Source: an uncultured Holophagales bacterium
GTDB taxonomy: Bacteria; Acidobacteriota; Thermoanaerobaculia; Multivoradales; UBA5704
Reading direction: 5' to 3'
NCBI GenBank assembly: GCA_963842525.1
Contig: CAWJGT010000009.1
Location: forward strand, 1,344,001-1,408,000
DNA length: 64,000 nt
The position numbers and the translations under genes are program-made. How positions within the stretch are numbered: position 1 is the stretch's first letter; each line of letters starts with the position of its first letter. Below are positions 1 through 10,162 of this stretch, one piece after another. Under the pieces are notes generated by a model that did not search any database, was not told the origin of the DNA, and saw only the letters and a list, made by a program, of their open reading frames with translations.

Positions 1-2
1 CC

Positions 3-3000
3 ACGGCCGAGGCCCGCAGGCCCTTCGATTTGGCCGCGGGCCGGCCCATCCGTTCGACCCTGTTGAGGCTCGGCCCCGCACGGCACCTCCTGCTCCTGAC
101 GCAGCACCATATTGCCTTGGATGTCTGGTCCGTCGGCCTTCTCGTCGACGAGCTGGCAGAGCTCTACCGGGCGTTTGCCGCGGGCCGGCGGTCGCCGCTG
201 CCGGAGCCGGAGGTGCAATACGCGGATTTCGCGGCCTGGCAGCGCGAGCACCTCCAGGGAGAGGTCCTGGAGAAGCTCCTGGGGTACTGGCGCGAGAGGC
301 TGGGCGACCGCCCGGCCGGGTTCGAATTGCCGGCCGACCGACCGCGGCCCGCTGTCCAGACCTACCACGGAGCGGCCGAGCGGATCGAACTCCCCCCGGC
401 CGCCGTGGAGGGGCTGCGCCGGCTCGCCGCGGCGGAGGGAACGAGCCTCTTCGCTGCCGCGCTCGCCGCGTTCAACGCGGTCCTCCACCGCTGGGTCGGG
501 CAGGACGACGTGATCGTCGGCACCGCGGCGGCGAGCCGTCCCGATGTCGCCGTCGAAACGCTGCTCGGCCTCTTCATCAACACCCTCGTGCTGCGCACCG
601 ATCTCGGCGGGGATCCGACCTTCCGTGAGCTTCTCGGCCGGACGCGCGAGACCGCCCTCGGGGCTTTCAGCCATGCCGAGCTGCCGTTTCAGCAGCTCGT
701 CGAGGTCCTGCAGCCGGAGCGCGACCTGTCACGCGGCCCGCTCTTCCAGATCTTCTTCTCGCTCCAGAACGTCGGCCTGCCCACCCTGGAGCTGCCGGAC
801 CTGACGATGCACCCGGCCGAGTCCTCCTCGGGGGCCTCCCAGTTCGACCTCGCGGTCTATCTCACCGAGTCACCGGCGGGGGTCGACGGCTGGATGGAGT
901 ACAACCCCGACCTCTACGACGCGGAGACGATCCGCCGCCTGGCTCGCCATTTCGCGACGCTCGCCGAGGGAGCTGCCGAGCACACTGACCGGCGCCTCTC
1001 GGATCTCCCTCTGTTGAGTCAGGACGAAGAGGACCGGCTGCTCCGGGAGTGGAGCCATGCCCGGCCCGGCGAGGTGCTCTCCGCGCCGGCCTGCCTGCAC
1101 GAGCTGTTCGCGCGGCAGGTCGAGGAAAGAGGTGGAGAGATCGCGGCAGTTCATCGTGACCAAAGCTGGACCTATCGCGAGTTGGACGCCCAAGCCGGGG
1201 AGGTGGCCCGCCGTCTGCGCGCGCTGGGGGTGGGCCCAGGGGATCGGGTGGGCCTCTGCGCGGAGCGCTCGCTGTCTCTGCTCGCCGGACTGCTGGGCAT
1301 CCTGAAAACCGGGGCCGCCTACGTGCCGCTCGATCCGGGAGCGCCAGCCGCCCGGTTGGAGTGGATGTTGGGCGATGCTGCAGCCTCCGCCGTAGTGATC
1401 CAGGGAGGCCGGGCAGCGCGGTTGATGGCGGGCCGAGAACGAGTCATCGATCTGTCTGTCTTTCCCCCCTCTCCCGGTCGGTGGGGGGGCGATGGGAGGG
1501 GGGCCGGGGGTGAGGGGTCCCCCGCCTACGTCATCTACACCTCCGGCTCCACAGGCACCCCCAAAGGCGTAGTGGTCAGCCACGCCAACGTGGCCGGCTT
1601 CTTCGCCGCCCTGGACGAAGTTCTGCCCAGCCGCGAGCCGGGGGTCTGGCTGGCGGTGACCAGCGTCTCGTTCGACATCTCGGTCCTGGAGCTGCTGTGG
1701 ACCCTGACCCGCGGCTGGCGGGTGGTCATCCAGGACGAGATGGGCGCCGGCCTGGTGCGCGCCCAGCGGACGCCCCGCCGGCCGATCGATTTCAGCCTGT
1801 TCTATTTCGCCGATGCGGGAGGAGACCCGCGGGACAAGTACCGCCTGCTGCTCGAAGGCGCCCGCTTTGCGGACGAGCGCGGCTTCCAGGCGGTCTGGAC
1901 CCCCGAGCGGCACTTCCACGCCTTCGGCGGGCTCTATCCCAATCCCTCGGTCACCGGCGCCGCCGTGGCCGCGGTCACCCGCCGGGTGCAGATCCGGGCG
2001 GGGAGCGTCGTCCTGCCTCTCCACGACCCCCTGCGGGTGGCCGAGGAGTGGTCGGTCGTGGACAACCTGTCCGGCGGCCGGGTCGGTGTCTCGTTCGCCT
2101 CAGGCTGGCACGCCGACGACTTCGTCTTCGCGCCGGACCGCTACGCCGCCCGCAAGGAGGTCATGCTGCGCGAGATCGAGACCGTGCGCGCCCTCTGGCG
2201 TGGCGAGCCGGTCCGCCGCACCGGCGGCAGCGGCCGGGAGGTCGAGGTGAGCGTCCTGCCGCGGCCCCTCCAGCCCGAGCTGCCGATCTGGCTCACCGCC
2301 GCGGGCAATCCCGAGACCTTCCGCCTGGCCGGCGAAATTGGCGCCAGCGTCCTCACGCATCTGCTCGGCCAGACACTCGACGAGGTGGGGGAGAGGATCG
2401 CGGTCTATCGCGAGGCATGGCGTCGGGCCGGGCATCCTGGTGAAGGCGCCGTCACCCTGATGCTCCACACCTACGTCGGAGGCGATGACGCAGCCGTCCG
2501 GGAGATCGTCCGCGGTCCCTTCACCGAGTATCTGCGCAGCTCCTTCGGCCTCGTCGAGAACCTGACGCGCAGCGTCGGCCTGGGCGATCCACGCGAGCTG
2601 TCCGACGAGGATCGCGAGGCGCTCCTCGTCCATGCCTTCGACCGCTACTTCGAGACCAGCGGCCTCTTCGGCGGGCCCGAGACCTGTCTGCGGACCATCG
2701 ACCGTCTGCGGGAGATCGGGGTCGACGAGGTCGGCTGCCTGATCGACTTCGGGATCGATTTCGACACCACGATGGAGGGGCTGCGCCGGCTGGCGGAGCT
2801 GAGGGAGCAACTCGCCGCGGAGGTCCCTCACCCCCCTGGCCCCCCTCTCCCATCCGCACTCCCAATCCGCCGGGAGAGGGGGGAAGGGACACCGATCGAT
2901 GAGGAAAGAGGCCTCGGAACCTCGCTGCTCCCCTCTCCCGGGGGCCGGGGAGTGCGGATGGGAGAGGGGCCGGGGGTGAGGGGCCTTCGCGGCGGCGAAG

Positions 3001-5144
3001 AGTCCTCAGACGACCTCGACCTCTTCTCGCTCTCCGCCCAGATCGCCCGCCAGGGCGCCACCCACCTCCAGTGCACCCCCTCCCTGGCCGGCGCGCTCGC
3101 CGCCGATCCCGACACGCTCGCCGCCCTGGCGCCGCTCCGCACCCTCCTCCTCGGAGGCGAGGCCCTGCCGGCGCCCCTCGCCCGGACCCTGCGCGCCACC
3201 CTTGGCGGCGAGATCCGCAACATGTACGGCCCGACCGAAACCACGATCTGGTCGCTGAGCCATCCGGTGGAGGAAGCCGGAGACCGGGTGCCGATCGGCC
3301 GGCCGCTCGCGAACAACACCGTCTATCTGCTCGACCAGCACCTGCGTCCGGTCCCGCCCGGCATGCCCGGGGAGATCTTCCTCGGCGGCGACGGCGTGAC
3401 CTCCGGCTACTGGCGACGGCCGGACCTGACCGCCGAGCGCTTCGTGCCCGACCCTTTCACGGATCGGCCCGGCTCCCGGCTCTATCGAACGGGCGACCTC
3501 GGGCGGTTCCGGCCCGACGGCGCCGTCGAGTTCCTCGGCCGGATCGACCAGCAGGTCAAGGTCCGCGGGCACCGCATCGAGCTGGGAGAGATCGAGGCGG
3601 CGCTCCTCGCGCATCCCGGGGTCCGGGAGGCCGCCGTGGTGGCGCGGGAGCATGCGCCGGGCGACCTCCGGCTTGCCGCCTACGTGGTGCCCGCGGCCGG
3701 CCGCGCCGCGGAGCCGCTGCAACCCCGGAGCGACGTGCAGCAGGACCGGCCGCACTTCCTGATGCCCAACGGCATGCCCATGGCCTACGTCACCGAGTTC
3801 CAGATGCGAGGAGGCTACCAGGAGATCTTCGCGGACGAGATCTACCTGCGGCACGGCATCGAGCTGCCGGACGAAGCCACAGTCTTCGACGTGGGTGCCA
3901 ACATCGGCCTCTTCACCCTCTTCGTCCACCAGCGCGTGCGGCACCCGCGGGTCTTCGCCTTCGAGCCGTTCCCACCCACCTTCGAGGCTCTTCGCGACAA
4001 CGTAGAGCTCTACGGCCTCGACGTCCGCCTCTTCCACCGCGGCGTGGCCGACCGGCCGGGGCAGACGGAATTCACCTTCTACCCGAACGCGCCCGGCCTC
4101 TCCGGCCGCTTCGCTGGAACCCCGGAAGACCTGGCGGAAAACCGCGCCCTCGTCCTCGACTGGCTGGAGAAGAGCGGCGCCGGGGCCGACCTCCCGGCGG
4201 AGCAGATCGAGGAGGTCCTGCGGGACTACCTGCGGACGGAGACCTTCCCCGTCGAGCTGGTCGCGCTCTCGGATGTGATCCGCGAGCACGGGGTCGAGCA
4301 CATCGACCTCCTCAAGGTGGACGCCGAGAAGAGCGAGGTCGAGATCCTCCGCGGCCTGCTCCCGGAGGACTGGCGGAAGATCGACCAGGTGGTCCTGGAG
4401 GTCCACAGCGACGAGCTGCTGGACAAGGTTTCCCGAATCCTGAAGAGCCACGGGTTCGAGCTGGCGGTCGACGACTTCGCCGTTGCCGAGGAGCGGGACG
4501 ACCGGCAGGCGGTGCGCGTGACCATGGTCTACGCGATCTCCGCCGCGAAACGCGCGCAGAGAGCCGGAGCCGTAGTGCCCGGTCCGGTCTCGGCGAACGA
4601 GCTGCGGCGCTGGCTCGGCGAGCGCCTGCCCGAGCCCATGATCCCCCCCTGCTTCGTCTTTCTCGAGTGCCTGCCGCGCACCCCCGGCGGCAAGATCGAC
4701 CGCCGTTCTCTCCCCGCGCCAGTTGCCGAAGCGCGGCCGGAAGCCGCCTATGTGGCGCCGCGCACTCCGACCGAGGAGGCGATCGCAGCCGTCTGGCGCG
4801 AGATCCTGGGCCGCGAGCGGGTCGGTATCCATGACAACTTCTTCGAAGCCGGCGGCAGCTCCCTCCTGCTGGTCCAGGTCCACGCCCGCCTCAAGCGGGC
4901 GCTCGGCCGCGAGATCACCATGGTGCAGCTCTTCCGCCATCCCTCGGTCCAGGCCCTCGCGCGTTTCCTGGACGAAGGGCCGCGGGAGACGCTCGCGCTC
5001 GCCGGAGCCGAAGAGCGGGTCTCGCGCGCCCGCGCCGCCCAGCCGGGAGGCGCCCTCGACCGCCAGCGGCAGTTCCTCGAAGAGCGGAGAAAGCGCCGCG
5101 ATATTCGCGGTACTGGCGATCCTGGCCGCCGGAGCCCGTCATGA
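3..5144 (+). CDS. NRPS, 5'-truncated: C - A(Gly) interrupted by luciferase-like monooxygenase and FkbM methyltransferase - PCP
   Basis: Frame is open from nt 3 (TAEARRPFDL), so the listed TTG at 30 is not the start. Motifs: C HHIALDVWS; A3 YVIYTSGSTGTPKG; A4 FDIS; LLM FSLFYF..WTPERHFH (~1783-2820); A5 NMYGPTE; A8 GRIDQQVKVRGHRIELGEIE; FkbM FDVGANIG..LLKVDAEKSE (~3750-4540); PCP FFEAGGSS. Code DILQLGMIW = Gly-type. Confidence 0.95.
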   Translation, partial: TAEARRPFDLAAGRPIRSTLLRLGPARHLLLLTQHHIALDVWSVGLLVDELAELYRAFAAGRRSPLPEPEVQYADFAAWQREHLQGEVLEKLLGYWRERLGDRPAGFELPADRPRPAVQTYHGAAERIELPPAAVEGLRRLAAAEGTSLFAAALAAFNAVLHRWVGQDDVIVGTAAASRPDVAVETLLGLFINTLVLRTDLGGDPTFRELLGRTRETALGAFSHAELPFQQLVEVLQPERDLSRGPLFQIFFSLQNVGLPTLELPDLTMHPAESSSGASQFDLAVYLTESPAGVDGWMEYNPDLYDAETIRRLARHFATLAEGAAEHTDRRLSDLPLLSQDEEDRLLREWSHARPGEVLSAPACLHELFARQVEERGGEIAAVHRDQSWTYRELDAQAGEVARRLRALGVGPGDRVGLCAERSLSLLAGLLGILKTGAAYVPLDPGAPAARLEWMLGDAAASAVVIQGGRAARLMAGRERVIDLSVFPPSPGRWGGDGRGAGGEGSPAYVIYTSGSTGTPKGVVVSHANVAGFFAALDEVLPSREPGVWLAVTSVSFDISVLELLWTLTRGWRVVIQDEMGAGLVRAQRTPRRPIDFSLFYFADAGGDPRDKYRLLLEGARFADERGFQAVWTPERHFHAFGGLYPNPSVTGAAVAAVTRRVQIRAGSVVLPLHDPLRVAEEWSVVDNLSGGRVGVSFASGWHADDFVFAPDRYAARKEVMLREIETVRALWRGEPVRRTGGSGREVEVSVLPRPLQPELPIWLTAAGNPETFRLAGEIGASVLTHLLGQTLDEVGERIAVYREAWRRAGHPGEGAVTLMLHTYVGGDDAAVREIVRGPFTEYLRSSFGLVENLTRSVGLGDPRELSDEDREALLVHAFDRYFETSGLFGGPETCLRTIDRLREIGVDEVGCLIDFGIDFDTTMEGLRRLAELREQLAAEVPHPPGPPLPSALPIRRERGEGTPIDEERGLGTSLLPSPGGRGVRMGEGPGVRGLRGGEESSDDLDLFSLSAQIARQGATHLQCTPSLAGALAADPDTLAALAPLRTLLLGGEALPAPLARTLRATLGGEIRNMYGPTETTIWSLSHPVEEAGDRVPIGRPLANNTVYLLDQHLRPVPPGMPGEIFLGGDGVTSGYWRRPDLTAERFVPDPFTDRPGSRLYRTGDLGRFRPDGAVEFLGRIDQQVKVRGHRIELGEIEAALLAHPGVREAAVVAREHAPGDLRLAAYVVPAAGRAAEPLQPRSDVQQDRPHFLMPNGMPMAYVTEFQMRGGYQEIFADEIYLRHGIELPDEATVFDVGANIGLFTLFVHQRVRHPRVFAFEPFPPTFEALRDNVELYGLDVRLFHRGVADRPGQTEFTFYPNAPGLSGRFAGTPEDLAENRALVLDWLEKSGAGADLPAEQIEEVLRDYLRTETFPVELVALSDVIREHGVEHIDLLKVDAEKSEVEILRGLLPEDWRKIDQVVLEVHSDELLDKVSRILKSHGFELAVDDFAVAEERDDRQAVRVTMVYAISAAKRAQRAGAVVPGPVSANELRRWLGERLPEPMIPPCFVFLECLPRTPGGKIDRRSLPAPVAEARPEAAYVAPRTPTEEAIAAVWREILGRERVGIHDNFFEAGGSSLLLVQVHARLKRALGREITMVQLFRHPSVQALARFLDEGPRETLALAGAEERVSRARAAQPGGALDRQRQFLEERRKRRDIRGTGDPGRRSPS
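1464..1517. repeat. Half copy of CCCTCTCCC/GGGTGAGGG palindromic (REP-like) element, in frame in NRPS
   Basis: CCCCCCTCTCCCGG...GATGGGAGGGGGGCCGGGGGTGAGGGG matches the right arm of the full copies. Translated as PPSPGRWGGDGRGAGGEG directly before A3. Confidence 0.8.
2825..2982. repeat. 158-bp REPIN-like inverted-repeat element, in frame in NRPS
   Basis: Arms CCCTCACCCCCCTGGCCCCCCTCTCCCATCCGCACTCCC / GGGGAGTGCGGATGGGAGAGGGGCCGGGGGTGAGGG. Each arm has its own CCCTCTCCC..GGGAGAGGG hairpin. Lies at the LLM/A-domain junction. Confidence 0.9.
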
Positions 5145-6055
5145 CCGAGCCCGCCCGCCGCCACACTCTGCCCAACGGTCTCGAGGTCGCCTACCAGTCC
5201 AAGGCCGAGCTGCTGCAGTTCTACGAGGACATCTTCGAGAAGCAGGTCTACACCCGCGGCGGGATCACCCTGCGCGACGGCGACACGGTCTTCGACGTCG
5301 GCGCGAACATCGGCCTCTTTTCAGTCTTCGTGGCCGAGCGCTGGCCAGGCGCGCGCATCTGGGCCTTCGAGCCGGCGCCGCCCCTCTTCGAGATCCTGCG
5401 CGCCAACACGGCCCGCTATGGCGACCGGGTACGGCTCCTCAACTGCGGCCTGTCGAACCAATCGGGCGAGGCCCGGCTCACCTTCTATCCCCACACGTCC
5501 GGCATGTCCTCCTTCTACCCCGATGGGCAGCAGGAGGCCGCGGCCCTGCGCACCCTGATCCGCAACGAGGCGCAAGGCCGGAAAGAAGTGGAGGAGCTGC
5601 GCGCCTGGGAGGACGAGCTGATCGAGCAGCGCCTCCGGAGCGAGACGTTGACCTGTTCCCTGCGAACCCTCGCCGAGGTCGTCCGCGAGGAGGGAGTGAC
5701 CCGGATCGACCTCCTCAAGGTCGACGTCGAGAAGAGCGAGATGGACGTCCTCGAAGGCATGGATGCCGAGGCCTGGAGCAAGGTCGAGCAGGCCGTCGTC
5801 GAGGTCCACGACCTGGGCAGCCGACTCCTCGACATCCAGCGCCGTTTCCGCGATCTCGGCTTCGCGGTGACCCTGGAGCAGGACGACCTCTACCACGGCT
5901 CGGACCGCTACAACCTCTACGCGCTGCGCGAGCACCTCCGCAGCTCCGACCTCCACCACCTCCGCCGTCCCGACCGCGCCGCCACCCTAGGCCGCATCGA
6001 AGACCGCGCGAAGAAGCTCCGGGACGCCATGCACAAAGGGCCGCGCAAGATCTGA
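5141..6055 (+). CDS. FkbM-family SAM-dependent methyltransferase
   Basis: ATGA overlap with the NRPS stop. Motifs VFDVGANIG, AFEP, IDLLKVDVEKSE. Clearly similar to the FkbM domain embedded upstream. Confidence 0.92.
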   Translation: MTEPARRHTLPNGLEVAYQSKAELLQFYEDIFEKQVYTRGGITLRDGDTVFDVGANIGLFSVFVAERWPGARIWAFEPAPPLFEILRANTARYGDRVRLLNCGLSNQSGEARLTFYPHTSGMSSFYPDGQQEAAALRTLIRNEAQGRKEVEELRAWEDELIEQRLRSETLTCSLRTLAEVVREEGVTRIDLLKVDVEKSEMDVLEGMDAEAWSKVEQAVVEVHDLGSRLLDIQRRFRDLGFAVTLEQDDLYHGSDRYNLYALREHLRSSDLHHLRRPDRAATLGRIEDRAKKLRDAMHKGPRKI

Positions 6056-6072
6056 GTCGTCAACAGCGAGGC

Positions 6073-7689
6073 TTACAGCGGCCCGCCGCCTGAGCGTTCC
6101 CGCCTCCCCTGGAAGGCGTGGAGGTCCACACGTTCGAAGGTATTGACGTCGCCTCCGGCGGGCACATGGATCTTCCACTCGCGGGTCGCCTGCTGCCGAA
6201 TGTAGGCGCCCACCTGATAGGACCACGAGGCCGTGTAGGGAGCGTCTGCCCAGCCCCAGGGCGAGCCGTCCGGGGCCGGCCCGAGCACGGTGGGACGCTG
6301 GCCCGCAGGCGGGAGGTCGAAGGCGCCCACGATCCAGACGCGATGGCCCGACCGCAGGGTCCGGCGGACGGCGCGCAGCACATCCCTGATCGGCTCCTGC
6401 GCCGTCATCCGCGCCTTGAACAGGTCATAGCGGTGCATCCTGTGGTCTGCCAGCCGCGGGACCGTCGTCTAGCGCGCTTCTCCCTGGTAGTAGCGGTGGA
6501 AGCTGATGCCATAGAACCAGGGATTGACCAGGATGAGGTCCCGTGGCCCGGCGTGCCCGGCAAGGTGCTGCGCGATGCGATCGACGTTGGTCATCCGCAG
6601 GCTCGCTTCCCGGTATGCGGCCGGCAGCAGGAGGGCGGTGAAGACCCCGGCCGCTGCCAGGCGCACGAATTGGAGCGCGGGGAGACGCACGGGGCTCGCG
6701 AGCAGCCCATCCAGGGCGCTTGCCATGAGAGCCATCAGGGGGAGGCAGTACCAGATCCGTGGCTGGTAGCCCAGCACCACGAAAAGGGCGTACTGGGCGC
6801 CGAAGGCCGCGGGGATCGCCAGAAGCCGGAAGAGCCGCGCATCGGCCGCCGCCGGGTCCGGATCGGTCTTGCGGACCAGAGCCCAGAGCGCTGCGGCGAA
6901 GGCGACCACGAGGAGGGCGATCCAGGCCCGGTAGACGGGGATGCGGACATGGGTGAAAGCGCCGGCGATCGCCAGCAGGATCCTCTGGGCGCCGAGGTCC
7001 TCGACGAGCAGGATGTCCCACTGCCGGGCGGCGGCGAGCGGCCGGACATAGGGAAGCAGAGAGAGGGCCGCCAGGAGACCCACGCCCAGGGCAGCCACGG
7101 CCACCCGCCAGCGCCGGCGGACGACACCCACGATGGCGGCGGCCACGCCCATCCCGAGGAGCAGCGCCGCGTTGTGCAGCAGGCAGTGGACGCTCAGCAC
7201 GGCCATCAGGGCCGCGGCGGCAATGGCTCGCCCGTCCGGCCGTGCGACGAGCCGCGCGAAGGCCCAGAAGGTGAGCAGGATCAGCGCCGTCCCCATCCCG
7301 TAGCCACGGACCGAGTCGCCATAGACCAGGAACCAGGGGTGGAATGCCAGCACGGCCACGGAGACCAGAGGCACGGTCCCGGCGGCGCGGGCATTGAGCC
7401 ACAGCACGCCCAGGATGGCGAGCCCGACGATCAGGCCGAAGAGGCGAAAGGAGAGGTCGGAGCCTCCGAAAGCCGCTGACCAGGAGCGGAGGGTCAGCGG
7501 GAACAGCATGGGAAAGGCTTCGTGGGGGAACCGCTGGAAGACCTCACCCAGGGTCGGGAGGCTCGCGAGCTGCACGGCGCCCGCCTCGTCCCGCCACAAA
7601 CCGCCGGCGTTCTGCGTCCGCACGACATGGAGCGCCACCGCCAAGAGGCTCAGGAGGACGGCGGCGGCAGTCTCGAACCGTTTCAGCAT
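6073..7689 (-). pseudogene. Polytopic membrane protein, GT-C/PMT(GT39)-like, with in-frame TAG at 6469-6471
   Basis: ORFs 6469..7698 and 6073..6438 are in the same frame (YYQGEAR*TTVPRLADHRMHRYDLFK). LWRDEA loop and many hydrophobic helices. The stop may be a sequencing error (TGG>TAG). Confidence 0.65.
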
Positions 7690-7767
7690 CTCCGCCAACT
7701 CACACGGCGGCGCATGCTAGCACGGCGTAGCGGTGGCCCCGGCGCTGCCCGGGGCCGCCTCTTCCGC

Positions 7768-8466
7768 CTACTTGAAGGAGATCAGGACGCGGCGCGCGCC
7801 GCAGCCGGTGCGGTGGGTACCGCCGATGACGCGGTTGAGGCCGAGAAAGATGGCCCGCTTGTCCGCCGCCGGCACCGTGGGATCGGTATCGGGAATGGCG
7901 AAGAGGTTCTTGCTGGCCGGCGCCTGCGCGCGGGCGAACGGCTGCCCCCAGCTCACGTACTGGTTCTTGACGACGAACTTGAGGGAGCCGTCGGTCAAGG
8001 AGACGTGCTGGAAGAAGCTCGGGTTGTCGGGAGCGGCCCCGCCGTTGGTCAGTGCGAGATCCTCGTTGAGGACCCACAGCTCAGCGTCGTTCGTCGTGGA
8101 CCCGGAGTCCCCCGCGTGGCCGTCATTGGTCGGCGAGTCGCCAAGGTTCACCGACCACGCCGAAGGCAGGCCCTCATACTCGACGACGACGTTGGCCTGG
8201 GTGCAGTTCGCGGGGATGACGATCCTGAGGGCTGCCATCTTCCAGCCGGCCGCGGCAGGGCAGGATGCGGTCACCGGAACCGGGCTGAGAGTTCCACCTG
8301 GCGTGAAGCCGACGGAGCCGGCCGGGAGGGGGGCGACGGTGTAGCCGACCCCTGTCTTGAGGTCCAGACCGACCAATCCTGTCGGGCATTGCGCCTGCAC
8401 GGCAGCCGGGGCCGCTGCCAGAACGAGACCGCAGAGAACGAAGTGGATCATGGATTTGCGGAGCAT
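7768..8466 (-). CDS. Secreted protein of unknown function (Sec signal peptide)
   Basis: Start MLRKSMIHFVLCGLVLAAAPAAVQA with AAAGGAAG RBS upstream. Four Cys in the mature part and an acidic GDSPTNDGHAGDSG..NDAE motif. Confidence 0.8.
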   Translation of the reverse strand: MLRKSMIHFVLCGLVLAAAPAAVQAQCPTGLVGLDLKTGVGYTVAPLPAGSVGFTPGGTLSPVPVTASCPAAAGWKMAALRIVIPANCTQANVVVEYEGLPSAWSVNLGDSPTNDGHAGDSGSTTNDAELWVLNEDLALTNGGAAPDNPSFFQHVSLTDGSLKFVVKNQYVSWGQPFARAQAPASKNLFAIPDTDPTVPAADKRAIFLGLNRVIGGTHRTGCGARRVLISFK

Positions 8467-8518
8467 GGTGTTTCTTCCTTTCGTTGGGTTGATGGCTCGT
8501 GGCCGGCAACCCCTCATC

Positions 8519-8533
8519 GCAACGGCCGTGCCG
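8519..8533 (-). promoter_or_regulatory. Sigma-54 (-24/-12) promoter for the secreted protein gene
   Basis: Minus strand reads CGGCAC-GGCCG-TTGC, matching YGGCAC-N5-TTGC. It is ~50 bp upstream of the ATG and divergent from a sigma-54 activator. Confidence 0.75.
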
Positions 8534-8647
8534 TGCCCGTCACGATCCGCTAAACCCATTCAGATCAATGCCTTGTCTTCTCCTTTCGGCAGCCGCGGAG
8601 GCCGTTTTCAGGGGCGGCTTCGCCGCGGTTTTGGTAAAGTCACCCCG

Positions 8648-10136
<1,489 letters not shown>

Positions 10137-10162
<26 letters not shown>

